A program made the position numbers and the translations under genes. Below are positions 1-12,064 of a DNA stretch of 64,000 bases, one piece after another. Every line of letters begins with the position of its first letter. The stretch's first letter is position 1. The stretch spans positions 108,043,359 to 108,107,358 of the forward strand of contig NC_068981.1 in the NCBI RefSeq assembly GCF_001194135.2, given 5' to 3'. Below the pieces are notes generated by a model. That model saw only the letters and a list, made by a program, of their open reading frames with translations. It searched no databases and was not told the DNA's origin. Origin of the DNA: Octopus bimaculoides. Taxonomy: Eukaryota.

Positions 1-54
<54 letters not shown>

Positions 55-433
55 ATACACTATAATTGAAATACAGTTTCCCCAGAATTAAACATCTAAT
101 ATAATAAATACGAAAACTAATTTCTGTGTGTCAGTGTGTCATACTTAGACTTCCTCTCTCACTATTCAATGACACTCCTACTATTTGTCATGATGGGGTG
201 AGAGTAATAGTAGGCATAGAGATGGTGAGGGCAGTGGCGAAGACAGAGAGAAAGAAAAAGAGGAAGACAAAGAGAAACAAAGAAATTTGGGGAGAGTTGA
301 TATTTTATTAAAAGTAGTAGTGTTGATAGTGGCAGTGAGAGTAATAAGAGAGTGAAAGAGGGACTGAACTCTGAAGTAACATATTGAATGAACACACATT
401 TAGCCTTTTTGTGATGGTAATGGGGTGATAGTA

Positions 434-840
434 CCAGGGTTTTCCGAAAATCCGCCCCTCCATTAGATTGCACATGGGCAGTTATTTGTGGTTAAAAATT
501 GAGACAGTTAGTGTTCTTATTTGCATTCTGTTTACATGTTCATTTACTCTACATCTGTAAATTCAAAGGATTTTTATTCCCAATAAAAATCTTTTAAGGC
601 TGTTTTAGTTTCTCTATGTTTCTATATCTGATAACTGAAATGATAGATGTTCAGTGGAATTATATATAATAAATATGGTTTTTGAAAATATCTTTGTTTT
701 TCCTAGATGAAATATTTTACTTCCATATTAACTGCCCATGGGCGCTTATTGTAGGTGGGCGGTTATTTAAGCCAAAATATAGTTTTGTAAAATTGAATTT
801 TCCATTTAACAGCCCTGGGCAGATTTTTGGAAAACCTTAG
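434..840. mobile_element. Non-autonomous TA-flanked DNA transposon (Tc1/pogo-type MITE)
   Basis: TA|CCAGGGTTTTCCGAAAATCCGCCC at 432-457 versus the reverse complement of the right end, CTAAGGTTTTCCAAAAATCTGCCC|TA (24 bp, 4 mismatches). There is also an internal inverted motif CATGGGCAGTTA near 469 and 730. Confidence 0.6.
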
Positions 841-1318
841 TAATAGTATGAGCTGTAGTTGTGATAGAGGTGGAGGCAGCAGTGGTGATGGTGAGAGTGA
901 TGTGAAAGACAGTGGTGGTTGTGATGGAGAAGAAGGCGATGAAATCAAAAGTATTGATGGTAGTGGCATCAGAAGTCTGAATGGTGTGTGTATGGCAGTT
1001 ATGATGGTGGTACTGGTGATGGTTGTAAACAATCAATAGAAAGAGAGAGAGAGAGAGAAAGAGGTCAGATAGAAAAAACAATTGTACTGACCCTTGAATG
1101 AGAAGACTAAAAATGTTTGTCATGCAACTTTGCAATAAGTTCCAAGTCGACAAATTATTATTTTGATGAAAATTATCCATTGCTTGAAAAATGTTGTTCA
1201 AGTTTAATAAAATTTAATATGTACTCAATGCATGAAGTGTCGTTGGGCCCAAGGCCCAATGAAGAGCCCTCCGCAGGAGTCAGCTTAAAAGCCACCCTAT
1301 TGAGCAGCTTTTAAGTTA

Positions 1319-1364
<46 letters not shown>

Positions 1365-1399
1365 ATGTATGTACACACACAATGAGATGTAAATTAGTC

Positions 1400-1577
1400 T
1401 CGTAAAAGCACCCACTACACTCTCGGAGTCGTTGGCATTAGGAAGGGCATCCAGCTGTAGAAACACTGCCAAATCAGATTGGAGCCTGGTGTAGCCATCT
1501 GGTTTCACCAGTCCTCAGTCAAATCGTCCAACCCATGCTAGCATGGAAAGCGGACGTTAAACGACGATGATGATGCT
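1400..1577 (+). mobile_element. RTE LINE 3' end fragment
   Basis: Matches the 3' terminus of the RTE copy at 23609-25650 and ends GTTAAACGA(CGA)TGATGATG. Confidence 0.8.
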
Positions 1578-1899
1578 GAAGGGATAGTAATATCCAATTA
1601 CTGGTTCATTACCTAATATTTGTTGTGAATAATAATAATATTAATAAAATGATAGGTCTATATATAAATCATGGTTTATAATCATTCAAAAGAAGATTAA
1701 TTAAATGCTATATCTCCATTTTCTTAATTTTAATTATAAATATACATATACAGATCAGACAGACTAATACATGTACATGCATACTAGCAGAAGCAAACCT
1801 GATTAAAAAGGGATGTAGAAATAAATAGAATGGAAATAAACATATCACCACACACTCATTTTCATTAAAATATTAAAGATAACTAAAGTTAGAAATAAT

Positions 1900-2350
1900 A
1901 AAATTTCTTCTATCAAAGATAACAATTTTTTTACATCTATCTAAGAATTCTTCCTTGCCAAACTCTAATAAAGCTCTGTGAAAGTTAATTGTCCACAGAA
2001 TGGTTTCTGCAAAAGTAATAATGTTTATAAATGTACTGTTAAAACCCACAACTCTCTAAATTCTACGTTGGTTCCACTTCTAATTTCAAAAGAGCGTATT
2101 ATTTACATTGTCATTCATTTTCTAAAGATACCTTAAAAAACTCTCCATCCTTTGTTGAATATAGTTTCAATTTGAAGGCTAAAAGGATTCTTTATGGTTT
2201 AGAATGCTCTATTCTAAAATCTGCGAATTCTTATGGTGGAAAAAGCTTCTGGTTATGTATGTGAGATTCTGGAGACTATCAAAGGCAGCTAAAATAATTT
2301 AATTCTAACATGAAATTATAATGATCTATTGCCAGTTAAATACCTGTCCT
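1900..2350 (+). mobile_element. Degenerate Penelope-like element GIY-YIG endonuclease (Naiad-type signature)
   Basis: Manual translation with a frameshift gives NCPQNGFCKSNNVYKCTVKT..KFYVGSTSNFKRAYYLHCHSF..SPSFVEYSFNLK..LECSILKSANSY..LCM. This fits the PLE motif CPxxGxC..VY..Y(I/V)G.T..FK.RY..H..SF..Y...LK..W.IL..A..Y..CxLC. Confidence 0.7.
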
Positions 2351-3195
2351 TTTTCTAAATACAGTAACTAAAGGCAAAAATACATCCATAACTGTCCTCT
2401 TATCTTCAGACAATAAGCCTGTGCTTTTCTTAAACGGCATGTCAACATTGGAGAAATCCTGATTCTTGCGATTATTTCCCCTTCTCAAGACACTGATCTT
2501 AATTAGCATTTGCTAATTATGGCACATCACATAGAATCTGAAATGATTTTAAAAATTCATATATATTGTATTTATCACACTCTCTATATAAGTGTTTGTG
2601 TGTTTTATGAATGTTTAAGTATAGTTTTCTTTCTGTTCCATAAATGTGTGTATATGTATGTATGTATTTACATTTATATGTGTGTGTGTCAATATGTATG
2701 TATGTATGTTTACTTAAGTTCTAGTATATGTATATAATATCGCATTTTTTGTCAGCCTTTCCCAAGAGCCCCATTATATTTTGATGCTGGAAATGTGGAT
2801 AGCTCACCTTCATCTTTTATAGCATTTAATGCTTTCTACATGTATTTATAGCATTTAATGTTTTGTACATGTATTGGTGAGTGTGTGCAGCAATATGTTT
2901 ATTTCACTTGCATTTTGTTTATATATTTTTTCTTTTTTTTAATTGGTAGGTTTGCTTCTTTTTGTATCTATGTACATTTATATTTTGTTTGTATATGCAT
3001 GTTGTGTGTGTCATCATTATCATATGTCCATGTTCCATGCTGGCACACGGATTGGATGGTATGACAGGAACCAATATGCCCAAGGACTGCATTGAATGCC
3101 TATTTATCCATATGCCTTATGTATATAGGTATGGTTTGTGTGTATATCATTTTAATGTCCACTTTCCCATGCTCACATGGGTCAGATGCAATTAT

Positions 3196-3214
3196 TTACG
3201 TGTGTGTGTGTGTG

Positions 3215-3264
<50 letters not shown>

Positions 3265-3875
3265 NNNNNNNNNNNNNNNNNNNNNNNNNNNNNNNNNNNN
3301 NNNNNNNNNNNNNNNNNNNNNNNNNNNNNNNNNNNNNNNNNNNNNNNNNNNNNNNNNNNNNNNNNNNNNNNNNNNNNNNNNNNNNNNNNNNNNNNNNNNN
3401 NNNNNNNNNNNNNNNNNNNNNNNNNNNNNNNNNNNNNNNNNNNNNNNNNNNNNNNNNNNNNNNNNNNNNNNNNNNNNNNNNNNNNNNNNNNNNNNNNNNN
3501 NNNNNNNNNNNNNNNNNNNNNNNNNNNNNNNNNNNNNNNNNNNNNNNNNNNNNNNNNNNNNNNNNNNNNNNNNNNNNNNNNNNNNNNNNNNNNNNNNNNN
3601 NNNNNNNNNNNNNNNNNNNNNNNNNNNNNNNNNNNNNNNNNNNNNNNNNNNNNNNNNNNNNNNNNNNNNNNNNNNNNNNNNNNNNNNNNNNNNNNNNNNN
3701 NNNNNNNNNNNNNNNNNNNNNNNNNNNNNNNNNNNNNNNNNNNNNNNNNNNNNNNNNNNNNNNNNNNNNNNNNNNNNNNNNNNNNNNNNNNNNNNNNNNN
3801 NNNNNNNNNNNNNNNNNNNNNNNNNNNNNNNNNNNNNNNNNNNNNNNNNNNNNNNNNNNNNNNNNNNNNNNNNNN
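3196..3875. repeat. (TG)n/(TA)n microsatellite leading into an assembly gap (N 3265-3875)
   Basis: Seen directly. The ORF calls spanning the Ns are artefacts. Confidence 0.95.
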
Positions 3876-4079
3876 TGGGAGGGCAAAGAGTCGGAGCAAA
3901 TACCACTGAGGTATTCTAACATGCTCTAACAACTCGGCCACTATGTATGTGTGGTTTTATACACACATACACACAAATACACCTGTTGAATGTGTGTATG
4001 CATAATTTTTCTATATATATATATATATATATATATATCTATATATATATATATATATACCCCCTCTATGTTTGTGTAG

Positions 4080-5290
4080 GCAGGACAGAATTTATTTAGA
4101 CAGAGAATCTTAAGTCCCATTCAACTTATGCTTCTTTGTCATCTCATTCATGAGGTTCAGCTTCCACCTTGTTCCTATGTATTCTCTCTTCTGCAGTGTC
4201 CTTCCACTTAGATTGTTTGGTACTTCTGTACACCCTATTGTCATCTATATGCATCAGGTCTCTACACTAGTACAGTCTTCTCTCTTACACATTACATCTA
4301 ATTCCTCTTAAACCCAGCTCGTCTCTCATCTCATTTTTGCTCTGTCGTTCCAATGACATATATTTGTCCCATTTCTTTCATACATCCTCCACATTTAGTA
4401 CCCATGTTTCTCTCGTAACACATCATCACATTTCATATGCATGCATCACACAATCTACCATTCACTTGAAAAGTGAATCTTCTTGTTGCCAGCGAGATTA
4501 ACTCTGTGATCTTCCTACAATTCCATGCTTACTCTGGCTTCTCTACTTTCAAAGCTAATTAGGTCTCATAGTAAACAAGAAGCTGTCAACTACTTTTAGG
4601 GAGTCTTCCAAGCCAAGTATTTTCTCACAACTGATCTTATGGCTAACTACTCTTGTGAAACTATTACATATATAATTTTTCTCTAAGTTTTTCTTCTCTT
4701 GTAATTCCACTATATCTTTTGTTCACCCATAGCTTATACCATATTGAATTCTTTTTTATCATTTTCTGCATATTGAGCATGTCTACTTCCCAGGTGACTT
4801 TAATCCTATCTTTCTTGCTAACTAAAACTTTTTTCTTTACTAGGTTTACTTTGAGGCTTCTCAATCTAGACTTTGCTTCCATGTTAGGAATTTCTCCACT
4901 AAATCTTCAACAGATTCACTTACGAGAACTAGATCATTGGCATACAGGAGTTCTCAAAGAAGCTGGTCTTGAACTCCTCTGTTATGGCCTGGAGAACTTT
5001 AATGAACTGAAGAGGGTTGAGAACTGAGCCCTGATGAGCACCAACCTGCACGCTAAATTCCTTACTGAATTCTCTGCTTGCTGACAGCATCTCTGTGCAT
5101 GGCTTGCACAGCTATCACAAGCCATTCATCTACACCTAAGTTTTTTTTAGTGACCAACAAACTACAGAGCATGGTACCTTGTCAAAGACCTCCAGAACAG
5201 TGAATGCTAAGTATAGTGGCTTGCTCTTTGCTAATAACTTCTGTAGTTGTCTCACTAGGAAGATGGCATTGGTGGGATTCTGTCCTGGCA
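4080..5290 (-). mobile_element. Degenerate RTE LINE, reverse transcriptase region
   Basis: The minus strand reads as a decayed DLEKAFD..QAMHRDAVS..VGAHQGSVLNP..QAITEEFKT..ELLYANDL followed by LKVNLVKKKVLVS. Collinear with the RTE at 23609-25650. Confidence 0.85.
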
Positions 5291-6407
5291 CAAACCTGAA
5301 CTTCATTTATGTATGTATACATGTATGTGTGTGTGTACATATGTGTAAGTGTACATGTATATATGTATGTGTCAGTGTGTATATAACTTAAATGTCACAA
5401 TTCCTTCTTTGCTTCTGTTAATTCACCTCTGTTTTATACACCTTAAACACAACTAATAACATATTTTCCAAATATTTTAATGTAAAATATAAATTATTTA
5501 ATTATAAAGAATGGCTTTTAATTATAAAGGAAACAATCTCTCCTGTTTCATCCCCACATAACTGGCTTTTCATTATACTCATCTGTTAGAATTCAAAGAT
5601 TATGGAAGTGCTTCTTCTGCATTAATTATAAATAATTTCTTGCTTTCTTGATATTACTATAATTATCAAATCTTAGAGTTTGAAGCTGTTTAATTTTTAA
5701 ATCATATGTTAAAACATTGACTACCATTAATTAGACTGCAATCTAGAAATTTTTAGGGACATTTTAACTAGAAGTTTATCATATCATTGGTGGGAAAAGT
5801 GGTATTTAAAGCACCTGCATTTACTAAATCAGTGCGTTAGGTTCCTCATTACATTTATAGTAACCCTTAAACCCATAGAATAGAACTGAAAATCACTAGC
5901 TAAGTGACTGTTCACAATAATTAGACAGTACTTTGTGTGTTTAATTGTTTTGACAACAAATCTCTGAAAGGACCTGCACACTAAGCTAGATGATAAAACT
6001 ATAAACATTGATATGCACATTAAATACATCATATTCAAGAAGTTGCACATAAGATCTACTAGAGTTAATTTTATTCTTGATATAGTATAAAATCTTTTGC
6101 TTATTTTTTTTTTCCATATCAGAGATCACTACATGGAAAGGGGTGAGCCTATAGCCAAGTTGATTCCAAGGGTGATTTGAGGAGAGCAGTCTGGTTCAGA
6201 ATGTAAATCTAGAACTTGATTCTTTGACAATATAAGAGGAAGGGAAAATGACAACAGGGAGCCTATACAAGAGAGATGGTAATACAGTAAATATAAATCC
6301 CATCTCTTTGTCTTTCCCTTTCCATTAAATTTTATATTTAGCAAATACAATTTGAGTTATATACTAAAGAAAATTTGCCTTTTTTTTGTTTCTTTTTATT
6401 TTTCCAG

Positions 6408-6588
6408 TTTTAAATCCTTTATAAATAGTCATCATCCCAAAGAAATCTTATCTCTAGATGAGTTCTTTAAACTGAGAGAAGAAGTATTAGCCAAACGATC
6501 TGATTGTTCTGCTGAGGAAGAGGATGGTCCTGATGATCAACAGTTGACTGAAGAAGCACCTCCTGGGGTAGAAAGTGAAGGTGGAAAG
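6408..6588 (+). CDS. PRPF39: Pre-mRNA processing factor 39, first visible coding exon (FKSFINSHHPKEILSLDEFFKLREEV...GVESEGGK)
   Basis: ttttccag acceptor and AAG|gtatgc donor. Aligns by eye to human PRPF39 FKEHVQNNLPRDLLTGEQFIQLRREL. Confidence 0.9.
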
Positions 6589-6758
6589 GTATGCTGGACT
6601 GCTGAAATCCACAAGTTTTTTTTCATTCTCTCTCTCTTTATTTTCTCTTATTCCTTCTGTTGAAGACTGTAGGCTTGAAATGTAAAAGCCTTTTTCATTT
6701 TCCTGANNNNNNNNNNNNNNNNNNNNNNNNNNNNNNNNNNNNNNNNNNNNNNNNNNNN

Positions 6759-6795
<37 letters not shown>

Positions 6796-7558
6796 TTCTT
6801 TTCATGTTCTGATAAATATTTCAACATAGACTGGTAATAAGACTTTATTAAACTTCATTTACCTGCAATTTAATACCTTGTATTTAATTTGTGCTTTAAC
6901 AGCAAATCTAAAAAGAGCTGCACATTTTGCTTGAGCACTTATGCACATTAAATGCATCATATTCTAGAAGTTGCAATTAGATCTACTTATTTTATTCTGA
7001 ATGGATAGTGTAATGTGATTTTTTTTTTATGTGAGTCTATAAATTGGATCTATCAGCTACCTTATTTTAGAAACGCGTCAATACAGCGATTTGTTTCTTC
7101 ATTTCTCTGAAGCCTCATCCGATCCAAGTACAATGGAATTGTAAAATTGTCAAGAATTATTGTATTGTTTGCATTACACATAACATACAAGTAATTGTTA
7201 TTGTATTAAACGATATCACACCTTGTGCGAGATATGAATTCAGTCATGCTTAAGACTTCACAGAATAAAACCAAGTTCTTGAATTATTAAATTATAAGTG
7301 TTTTTATAAGTCAATTTTAGCTTAACTGTAGTTAGTTTTTGAAGATTTTGATTAGTAAATGTTTTGTGATGTTCACGTGGCTTGTTAAAAGTGTTCATAT
7401 GCCAACAAGCCATTTTCCCTAGTCAAGGATCTGTGGGGATAGTCTTTTTGTCAATGACCATTAGTAAAACTGGTTAAAGTTACAAAGTTTATCCTTTCAG
7501 ATGTATTTGTAGCTATCAAGTTTCATTTCTTGTACTTGGGATTTTTTTTTCTTTTCAG

Positions 7559-7669
7559 TCAGATGAAGTGGAAGCAAATAAATTACGTGCAAAAATAATC
7601 GAAATTCGACAAGCAGTTCATAAAGAAACCGAAGAAGAAGTTAGCAAGCGGTGGGCCTTCGAAGAAGGG
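7559..7669 (+). CDS. PRPF39: PRPF39 exon (SDEVEANKLRAKIIEIRQAVHKETEEEVSKRWAFEEG)
   Basis: cttttcag acceptor, GGG|gtgagt donor, phase 0/0. EVSKRWxFEEG motif. Confidence 0.97.
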
Positions 7670-8084
7670 GTGAGTCTTCTGATTTATGCGGAAATTACAA
7701 TATTAAAAAATATGCTTTTAAAATTTGATAGTTTAATTGTAGTTTTCTTATTATTCCAAAGCAGTTGAAAGACATATTTCCAAGCTGTCATTTAGTCAGT
7801 TTAACAATTTTCCGTTTAGATTGTTTTAGCCTAATTGTATACTAGTTATAGTAGAATATGCTACTTAGGCGAAGTAAGAAACAGCTGAGAAATATTGGTG
7901 TGAACAAAAAAAAAGAAGAAAAAGACTTCAAAATGTTTTGCACAAGTAAAGCCATGGTTAGTAAGTTCCCTTTGCAACTGCATGGTCCTTAGTTCAGTTG
8001 TGCTCCCTACTATAGCTTCAGGTTGAACAATACTTCGGGTGTTGTGAATGCTTTTATTTATTTATATACAATGCCCCAAAAAGC

Positions 8085-8615
8085 ATAAATAAAATCCAAT
8101 GTCAAGACAATGCTGATTTGTTCATCGATGTGAAAGGAATTGTCCACATAATTTGACTCTTGGTCAAATTGTTAATCAGACATTTTACTTCACAGTTTGT
8201 GAGATGTGGTGAGATGAAACTTCCTCTATCTGTGGCAGAGTGGTGGTTTCGTCATGACAATGCACCTGCACACACCACCTTGAGTGTGAGACAGTTTTTG
8301 CCAAAAATGGCATGACCTCGCTTACCCACCTCCCTGTTCGTCCGATCTTGCTCCTTGCGACTTTTTTCTGTTTCCCCGAATGAAAAGAAGTTCTTTAAGG
8401 AAAACGTCTTGCAGATGTGGAAGAGCTGAAGAAAAAAAGTGAGGGAGGCATTAAAAGGCATCACTTTGCAAGAGTTCCAGGACTGCTTTGAATAGTGGAG
8501 AATGTATCTGAACCAATGCATTGCTTCAAAATGGAGAATATTTTGAAGGCGATAAAAACATGTAAAACTGAGTGAATAAATTTATATTGCAAAATTCTGG
8601 TTTGGGTACCCCTCG
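8085..8615 (+). mobile_element. 5'-truncated mariner transposase relic in a PRPF39 intron
   Basis: HDNAPAH (catgacaatgcacctgcacac) and PxxSPDLAPCDFFLFP motifs with frameshifts. Right TIR-like end GGGTACCCCTCGT. Confidence 0.85.
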
Positions 8616-9810
8616 TGTGTGTATAGGGTAACTAAAAAAAACTGGTGTTAAAAAAAAAAAAGGTATTAACGACTGTCCAAGTTATTTCCCTTAGGCCGAA
8701 AGACTACTTTGCTTTTTCGTCTTTTTTTTTTAAAGACATGAATAAAATACTAAAGTAGTTGGGTCGATGCAATTGATAAAATTCCATTGAAGCCATTGTT
8801 ATTGACCTTTCTTTCTTTGCACATATTGTTTGAAACAGGTTCACTCCACCACACTTTAATTTACAGATATAACAAATGACTTAGTTCTTCCTATTTGTCC
8901 TTCTCAAAATTACTTTTAATATCTGAAATGAAATATATGCTGTTGGATATTTAAGTGTTTCTTGTAGAAAAAAAAACAAAACTACTGAGCAATTTACTGC
9001 ATAAAATTGATAATATTACAATGTTGAAATATTGAACAAGTTAACTTTTGTTGTATCCTACTAAAAGTGTGGGCATATATATATATGGTTAAGAATTTGT
9101 TTTGCGCTTTTGTGTTTACTAGTTTATTCCTAATGTATGACACCTTGAGCAAGTGTATTCTACCATAATTTTTGATGGAATGTGAATGAAAGCAGGTAGA
9201 CGAAAGTACTACTCTTAGGTGGTAAACTTAATCTTTCTACTAGCTGCTGGGTACCTATAGCAGATCCAATCCATTTCAAGTATTCATATCAGGTCTCCAA
9301 TCTAAAGGTGGCATGATTAAATTACAAGGCAAGAAACATTTTTCTGTTGAACATGGCTTTGTTCTCATTTGATTTGATATGTTGCTTAGAATCAAAGCAT
9401 CCTTCTTGTTATTCACACTGATCAACTACTGGACCCTCTAATCAATGGAAATTTTATATTATTTGCTTTCTATCCACAACTATTAAAAGGATATTGAAGT
9501 ACGCTGGAATAACAGATTTAAAATACTTAAAAAGAAATTGTGTCGTTATTAAATATGCTCTCTGCTTGACAGATTTTCTAAGATGTTTCTATTGATAAAA
9601 ACCAAAGGGAAAATTATATTGTTTTGGTATAGGAATTAAAGTGAACTGATTTTCTTAATACATAACACATTTTTATTCAGTCATTCCTTTGAATATTATT
9701 ATTAAGACTATCATATTTTCTCTTTGGTCATTCTATAACTTTATTAGAAATGCTTTGGAAATTTCTGTATTATATAAAATGTAATATAACTATTCAGTAT
9801 CAATTTTCAG

Positions 9811-9975
9811 ATCAAACGGCCTTATTTCCATGTTAAACCTTTAGAAAGATCACAGTTGAAAAACTGGAAAGATTATTTAGATTTTGAAATTGAATTTGGA
9901 ACTCATGAGAGAGTTGTTGTTCTCTTTGAAAGATGCTTAATAGCGACTGCATTATATGAAGATTTTTGGTTGAAA
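9811..9975 (+). CDS. PRPF39: PRPF39 exon ([55 protein letters not shown])
   Basis: ttttcag acceptor, AAA|gtaagt donor. Near-identical to the vertebrate PRPF39 HAT region. Confidence 0.99.
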
Positions 9976-10739
9976 GTAAGTTTCTGAAATTTACTCATTG
10001 AAAATATAAATTTGTTTCGTTCTATTTAAGGTGCCATTTAAAAAAAAAATCCATATTTTAATGAGGCTGACTTAAGTTGATCAAACTTCTATTATAGCCA
10101 CCTTCCACATATCCCAATATGAAAGTTCTTGCAATAGCTGTACATCTAAACTTTCTGTTTATATTTTATGGTAAAAGAACAAAATTTTGTTCTTGAAAAT
10201 ATTTCTCTGAAGTATTTACAGATTAGTCCTAACAAAATCATCAGTTATAGAGGCATTTGCATATAGCATTTAAAGTGAGAACTTATTTGCAAATTGTTTA
10301 ATGTAAAGATGAAGCTTTAAAGGTTGCCAAGTAACTTGTGAGACAAAGGAGAGGGAGTGGAATCAAGGGAGGTGGCTTTGTGCCAGGTGATAAATTAGAA
10401 TATAATAAAGGGATAAAGGAAATATTTGGCTGCCCTAGTAGGAAAAGGGAAGAGGAGGAGTGATAGAGAAACAGTGAGAGAGAAATGGTGTGAACAGGTG
10501 ACAGTAGCAACTGATGGTGAGAGAAATTGGAGTGGCTGGTAGGTGGGTATAGTAGATATGTAAGGGAGAGTAGAGGGGCCTGCAGAGAGTAATGATCATG
10601 AGTGTTGTTGGAAAGATAGGTGGTGAGGCAGTTTTGACAGAGGTCAGATTGTGTGTAACTTGGTTGGTGGGGGAGGGGATGGCCATAAAGAACATGTCTG
10701 TATGCATGGGTGGCCACAATATTACTTAGCTTGATATGT

Positions 10740-10960
10740 CTTCTTAAGCACAGCAAAATTGCCAGAAATGTCAGTCCCCTATTACCCCCTCTGTGAGGCT
10801 CAACATCTGAAGATCATTCCTTGCCACTTCGTCTCCTGTCTACCTTTTCCACAAATAGAGATCAGCACTCTATGCAGCTGCCCTCATCCATGCACATCAC
10901 AAGACCATACCAGCACAGTCTTCTCTCTCTCTCGCATGGAAATGGTCATGTGATGTGTAT
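10740..10960 (-). mobile_element. RTE LINE C-terminal fragment
   Basis: Minus strand RERRLCWYGLVMCMDE.. matches the corresponding part of the RTE copies at 24.3 kb and 57.0 kb. Confidence 0.75.
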
Positions 10961-11093
10961 GAACCACCTTAAAATTTTCTTTGTTTTTAGTTATGTCCAT
11001 TTCATCTTTAACATGACATCGTGTTGATATTCTTCTTAACAGGAAAATTTTATAGTATCTTGATTAAATTGTATGTTTTCATTTTTTTTATAG

Positions 11094-11220
11094 TATGCTC
11101 GATATATAGAACAGCATAGTATTGAAGCTGCCCGCAATGTTTATAAAAGAGCATGTAATATTCATTTACCTAAAAAGCCATCAATACATTTAACTTGGGC
11201 TGCTTTTGAAGAAAGTCAAG
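11094..11220 (+). CDS. PRPF39: PRPF39 exon ([42 protein letters not shown])
   Basis: ttttatag acceptor, CAAG|gtaagt donor, ends in phase 1. HLPKKP..WAAFEE motif. Confidence 0.98.
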
Positions 11221-12026
11221 GTAAGTGAAAAATTGATTTCCTATAAACCTGACTAGAATATTTTCTTTTTTAATAGAATTATCAAGTGTATTATTGAACA
11301 AACAACTTAACCCCCAAAGCTTGATCACAAGATATCTTGTGACACCTAAAACACCATTTTTGCCTTGATAATGAGGGGATTTGGACAAGAAGAAAATGCT
11401 TGCTCATTCACGAGATATCTTATAACCTAATAAAACTTCATTTATTTGTATATGTAAATGTTATTGAAATTTAATTTATTCACAAATCTTGCATATTTTT
11501 CAAAGATGTTGCTTACTGTATGACCAACTTCAGCTACTTTCTAATATATTTCTCTCAGGATGTTGTAATTATTTAGAGAAAAATGTCCTGATTTTACTGT
11601 GGATGGTGTAGGTAATGGTATTGTTATGCTAGCAGCAATGAAGATGAAACAAATTTGTATAAACAAACAAGGCAATAAAGGCATGCCATTAATTGAATTC
11701 TCTCGACAGTTACAAATTAGATGGCAGGAGTACATTTATACTGAATTATATTTGAGGAAAATGTATGGAGTATCACCTCAATATTATTACGATACAATTG
11801 AAGAAATGAAACAATTTCTAAGATGTCTTTGTTAATATAGGGTTGATATCTTATTGCATCTAATTGTAATTTATGTAGTGTTAGGTACTGGCATTGATAT
11901 AATTGACTAAAAGCTTTAAAGGTGATGCCCTAAAATGGCTGCAATCCAAAAACAAGAACCAGTAATAGAATAAAGTATATTTCTATAAACCTGTACAGAG
12001 AGGTGTATATTGTTTTTTTTTTCCTA

Positions 12027-12064
<38 letters not shown>

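Noticed and set aside
709-756. Apparent small exon ttcctag|ATGAAATA...GTAG|gtgggc
   Set aside because: It lies inside the 434-840 MITE and shows no similarity to PRPF39 in any frame.
2260-2270. TGA after LCM in the PLE relic as a possible selenocysteine codon
   Set aside because: It is not at a conserved Cys position, the copy is frameshifted, and no SECIS is evident.
2962-3941. Long ORFs of 236-315 aa
   Set aside because: They consist of microsatellite plus the N-gap. The same applies to the ORFs at 44922-45326.
5030-5060. Other CTGATGA heptamers (5033, 29503, 40920, 42946, 43284) as hammerheads
   Set aside because: None is followed by a stem II and GAAA; several lie within LINE or SINE sequence.
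10298-10756. 152-aa minus-strand ORF
   Set aside because: Low-complexity pyrimidine-rich sequence. It may be an old PLE-type tail, but the motifs are too weak to call.
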